A DNA stretch of 50,671 nucleotides, taken from positions 1-50,671 of the forward strand of contig MCFE01000640.1 in the NCBI GenBank assembly GCA_002104905.1. The letters run 5' to 3'. The position numbers were made by a program, and so were the translations under genes. This document shows positions 46,538 through 50,671 of this stretch, one piece after another; the stretch's first letter is position 1; the number at the start of each line of letters is the position of its first letter. This DNA is from Basidiobolus meristosporus CBS 931.73. Taxonomy: Eukaryota > Fungi > Basidiobolomycota. The notes below the pieces were generated by a model, which saw only the letters and a list, made by a program, of their open reading frames with translations, had not been told where the DNA came from and searched no databases.

Positions 46538-49500
46538 AAATCCAGATCCCTGACTCCAGTCCTGTCCCAGTTCTAGCCCTGATTGATTCCGGTGCTTCAT
46601 CCTGTTTCATTGACCAAGCCTTTGTCCAGAAGCACTCTATTCCTGTTACCTTGAAATCCTGTCCAGTCCAAGTAGAAGTTATTGATGGAAGATCACTCTC
46701 CTCTGGTGCCATTACCCATGAAACATGCTTACTTCAGCTGTCCAGTACTGCTCACCAAGAAAGAATTGCCTTCAACATCATCAACTCACCACACTATCCT
46801 ATTGTGCTTGGAAGCTCATGGCTGAGCTACCACAATCCAAGTATTGATTGGAAATCCAAAATCCTGTCATTCACCAGATCCCACCAAGTCAACTCCATGA
46901 AATCTCCAGACCCTGATAACCGTGAAAAGACTGTTGCCAACAGTTCAACAGCCCAAGATACCTTGCCAGCTGAAGGAGCCCCCTCAGCAAACATACCAGC
47001 CAAGTACCAAGAGTTTACCCATGTGTTTGACAAGAAGAAAGCAGAACTCCTCCCTGACCATTGGCCTTATGACTGCCCTATTGACCTTGAAGATGGAAAA
47101 GTCCCTCTATTTAGCCCAATATATAACCTCTCCCAGCCAGAGCCAAAAGAACTCCATGGTTATATTGAAGAAAACCTCCAGACGGGTTTTATTCAGCACT
47201 CCAATCACCTGCTGGAGCCCCAATCCTCTTTGTCAAGAAGAAGGATGGCACACTCAGAATGTGTGTGGACTACCGTGCTTTGAATAAGATCACATTCAAG
47301 AACCGCTACCCCCTGCCCCTGATCAACACACTGTTGGATCAGCTCTCTGCTGCCCAAGTCTTCACCAAGATTGACTTGAGAGGAGCCTACAATCTTGTCA
47401 GAATCAAGCCCGGTGTTGAATGGAAAACTGCCTTTTGCACAAGATATGGTCACTTTGAGTACAAAGTAATGCCATTTGGCCTCACCAATGCCCCTGCTGT
47501 GTTTCAACACCTCATGAATGACATATTCCGTGAATACCTTGACCAGTTTGTGGTAATCTACCTTGATGATATTCTCATATACTCCAAGAGCCAAGATGAA
47601 CATGATGAACATGTCAAGAAAGTATTGAGAAAACTAGACTCTGCCAGTCTCTATCCCAAGCTAGAGAAGTGTGAATTTGACCAGAGAGAAGTGGAATTTC
47701 TTGGTTACCTCATCAGCCCTGAGGGAACAAGAATGGACCCAAAGAAAGTTGACTCAGTCCAATCCTGGAAAACTCCAAGCTCAGTCAAGGAAGTACATCC
47801 TTCCTGGGATTTGCCAACTTCTATTGCAGGTTCATAGCCAACTACTCCAAGATAGTCACCCCTCTGACAAAGCTTACCCAGAAGAACACACCTTTGGCCT
47901 GGAATGAGGAGCAATCCAGCTCATTCAACCAACTCAAGAAATCTTTCCTGAAGGCCCCCCTGCTTGCCCACCCTGACCTTGAGAAGCAATTCATAGTGGA
48001 GACTGATGCTTCTGATTTTGCCCTTGGTGCCATACTCTCCCAGGATGATGAGGACAATGTGTTGCACCCCATTGCATTCTACTCTTGGAAGTTTTCCCCT
48101 GCAGAGATCAACTATGATATCTACGATAAGGAGTTACTTGCCATCATTGTAGCCTTTGAGCAATGGAGACACTACCAGGATGGTGCAAAACACAAAATCA
48201 AAGTCTTCTGTGACCATAAGAACCTTGAGTACTTTGCAACTTCCAAAGTACTAAACCGGAGACAAGCCAGATGGTCACTCCTCCTGTCCAGCTTTGACTT
48301 TACTATCACCTATAGACCTGGTGCAAAGCAAGGAAAGCCTAATGCCCTGTCCAGAAAAAAGGAATATGTCCTGGAAGAGGGAGATGATGCCTGTTGGCAA
48401 ATGAAACACCCATTGCTGAGCAAGAAACATTTTGAGATTCTTGCCACCCAGTCCTCAAGTCTTGTCATCCCTTCATTCCTAGTAAGGATATCAGAATCCC
48501 AAGCCTCTGATATGACTTCCAGCACTGTCAAGAAATATCTGGAATCCCCAGTTGGGCCCCCTCCCAAGTTCCCAAACATCCAGAACCTGCATTTGGTAAA
48601 CAACCTCATCTACCACAAGCAGCAGCTTTATGTCCCAGACCTTGCCACCCAGCTAGACATCATTAAGTCTTGGCATGATTTAATGGCTGCAGGCCACTTT
48701 GGTACTGTCAAAACCTTGAATGATATCAAAAGAGATTTCTGGTGGCCTAGAATGATAACTCTTATCAAAGAATACATTCTGACTTGTGATATTTGCAACC
48801 ATGCAAAACCAGCTAGACACCAGCCCTATGGACTTCTTCAGCCCTTGCCTATCCCAGAACACCAATGGAGATCTATATCTATGGACTTCATTACTGACCT
48901 CCCTGAGTCATGTGGCTTCAATGCTATACTTGTAGTGGCTGACCGGCTGACCAAGATGGCTCACTTTATCCCTTGCTGTAAGAACACTGATGCAAAAGAA
49001 ACTGCTGTTTTAGTCCTGAAGAATATTTTCCGCCTTCATGGTATCCGCAGTGATATTGTGTCAGATTGAGGCCCACAGTTTGTGTCCAAGTTTTGGAAAC
49101 ACTTCATGCAATACCTTGGTGTTCAAGTCAAGCTCTCTACTGCCTTCCATCCACAGTCTGATGGCCAGACTGAAAGAATCAACCAGATTCTAGAGCAATA
49201 CCTCCGGTGCCATATCAATTACCAGCAAGACAATTGGGTTGATCTACTCCCTGTTACTGAGTTTGCCTACAACAACTCAAGCCATAGTGCAATCAGTTTT
49301 ACACCATTCTATGCAAACTATGGATTCCACCCTCAGTTTGATATCCAGATTCCAACAAACCCAATGAGCCCACATGCGGCTGAACATGCCCATGCAATCC
49401 AGGACATCCAGAACACCCTCAAGGAAGAGCTATCCTTAGCTCAGGAAAGCTACAAGAAATTTGCCAATCTAAAATGGCATCCCAGCCCTGATCTTAATGA

Positions 49501-49963
49501 AGGAGATTCTGTATGGTTGCTCAGAAGAAACATCAGCACCAACTGCCCTGATGACAAGTTGGATTTCAAGAAACTTGGTCCCTTCAAGATCAAGAAGAAG
49601 CTTAGCCCTATAGTATATCAGCTACAGTTACCAGCAAGTATGAAAATCCATGATACTTTCCATGTGTCCCTCCTGGAGCCGTATTGTAGGAACACATTGC
49701 CAAACTGGCAAGAAGCAAAGCCCCAAGCCATCCAGGTTGACCAACATTAAGAATTTGAAGTTAAAAAGATTCTAGACTCCAAGTATATCCAGTCAAAGCT
49801 GTACTACTTAGTAGACTGGATTGGTTATGATCCAAGTGACCAAACATGGGAACCAGCTACCCATCTCACTGATTGTCAACATCTAGTTACCCAGTTCCAC
49901 CAACAATATCCTGCAAAACCTGCCCCGAAGGAAAACAGAGCTTCGCCTGGAAGAGGAGAATAG
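46420..49963 (+). pseudogene. Chromovirus pol (protease, RT, RNase H, integrase, chromodomain) with two frameshifts and two stops
   Basis: [73 protein letters not shown]...TWEP; lesions at ~47203, ~47798, 49067 and 49748. Confidence 0.92.
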
Positions 49964-50671
49964 TGTCATGATCACATGACAACCATGAACACCCGTGCCA
50001 AGTTTCAGCTCCCTAGCTCAATTTCTAAGAGAATTCCTTCTGGAACCTTCTACCACCTTCCAGAAAGTTCCTGACTATTCCAAATCATTGTTATACAATG
50101 GAGCATTCTATGGAAGCTTTCCATTGTACTTTTCATAGTCAGTACCATATATGGAAATACCAGGTCACATGACTTAGTCACATGATCAGGTGACCCAATT
50201 CATCTCCCCATCCTGTCTCAGTGCCGTGTCATCTATGTCAATATCCCCAGCACCATTGCTGTGCCTCACCCCACAACCCCATTAGTATTAGCTGATATCT
50301 CTTGGCATCAGTATAACCATAAGTATATATAGTCCTATCCCCCCTTAAGTATTCCTCAGTCTGATAAACACAGGTCTTGAATAAACTGCCTTGCCTTGAA
50401 TCCTGCTTTGCCTTGATAGTCCACACCTAAGTCCTTTCCTGCCGTGCCTAGCTTTTCCTCCTGCCTTGTGTCTATTCATAACAATTCCTTCTCCCTGCTG
50501 GATTCTAGTCCCCCTTATAGGTGCATTCTGGCTCTTGTTTGTGTGAATTTCATATTGAATAGTGTAGAAGTTGGCTTGTGACCAAGAGAAGCCTGGCATA
50601 ATTTGGTAGAGCATTCCTATTAAAAATTAGATGCTTGTTGCACCCAACTCAACTTTGCATTACTTATCAAA

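Larger units (their letters stand above)
42693..50483 (+). mobile_element. Full-length Ty3/Gypsy chromovirus with paired LTRs and TSD ATTCC
   Basis: LTRs 42693-43211 and 49964-50483; attcc at 42688-42692 and 50484-50488; gag-PR-RT-RH-IN-chromodomain order; purine tract abutting the 3' LTR. Confidence 0.95.

Noticed and set aside
1-50671. tRNA, rRNA or other structured RNA genes
   Set aside because: None recognised by manual reading; a covariance-model search was not run

Overview
Eukaryotic nuclear DNA, almost certainly fungal. An early-diverging lineage is plausible from gene content, but this is not verified. The window has three zones. (1) 1-7.5 kb: a duplicated small secreted Cys-rich peptide locus, a CpG-free non-LTR reverse transcriptase and a Copia solo LTR. 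(2) 7.8-27.8 kb: a CpG-rich gene island with an AA11-type LPMO plus chitin-binding module, an AAAP amino-acid transporter, two tandem GPI-type chitin deacetylases, a head-to-head alpha-arrestin pair, CCT5 (5 exons), a GFA/CENP-V protein, gamma-glutamyl phosphate reductase, a 4x DM9-repeat protein and a short nad3 NUMT. (3) 27.8-50.7 kb: a CpG-depleted nest of retroelements, with several Copia copies and a full-length Ty3 chromovirus (5-bp TSD, Tf1-like self-priming site, -1 frameshift signal). The most striking feature is a ~7.2 kb AT-rich, intronless segment (~32.83-39.99 kb) that splits the GAG-pre-integrase domain of a Copia element. It carries a ~1120-codon MutS7-type gene (MutS plus C-terminal HNH, typical of giant viruses), two paralogous membrane/coiled-coil ORFs, a glycoprotein-like ORF and repeat arrays. 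It reads as an endogenous Nucleocytoviricota fragment decaying through CpG transitions. All calls come from manual reading and motif recognition; no searches were run.
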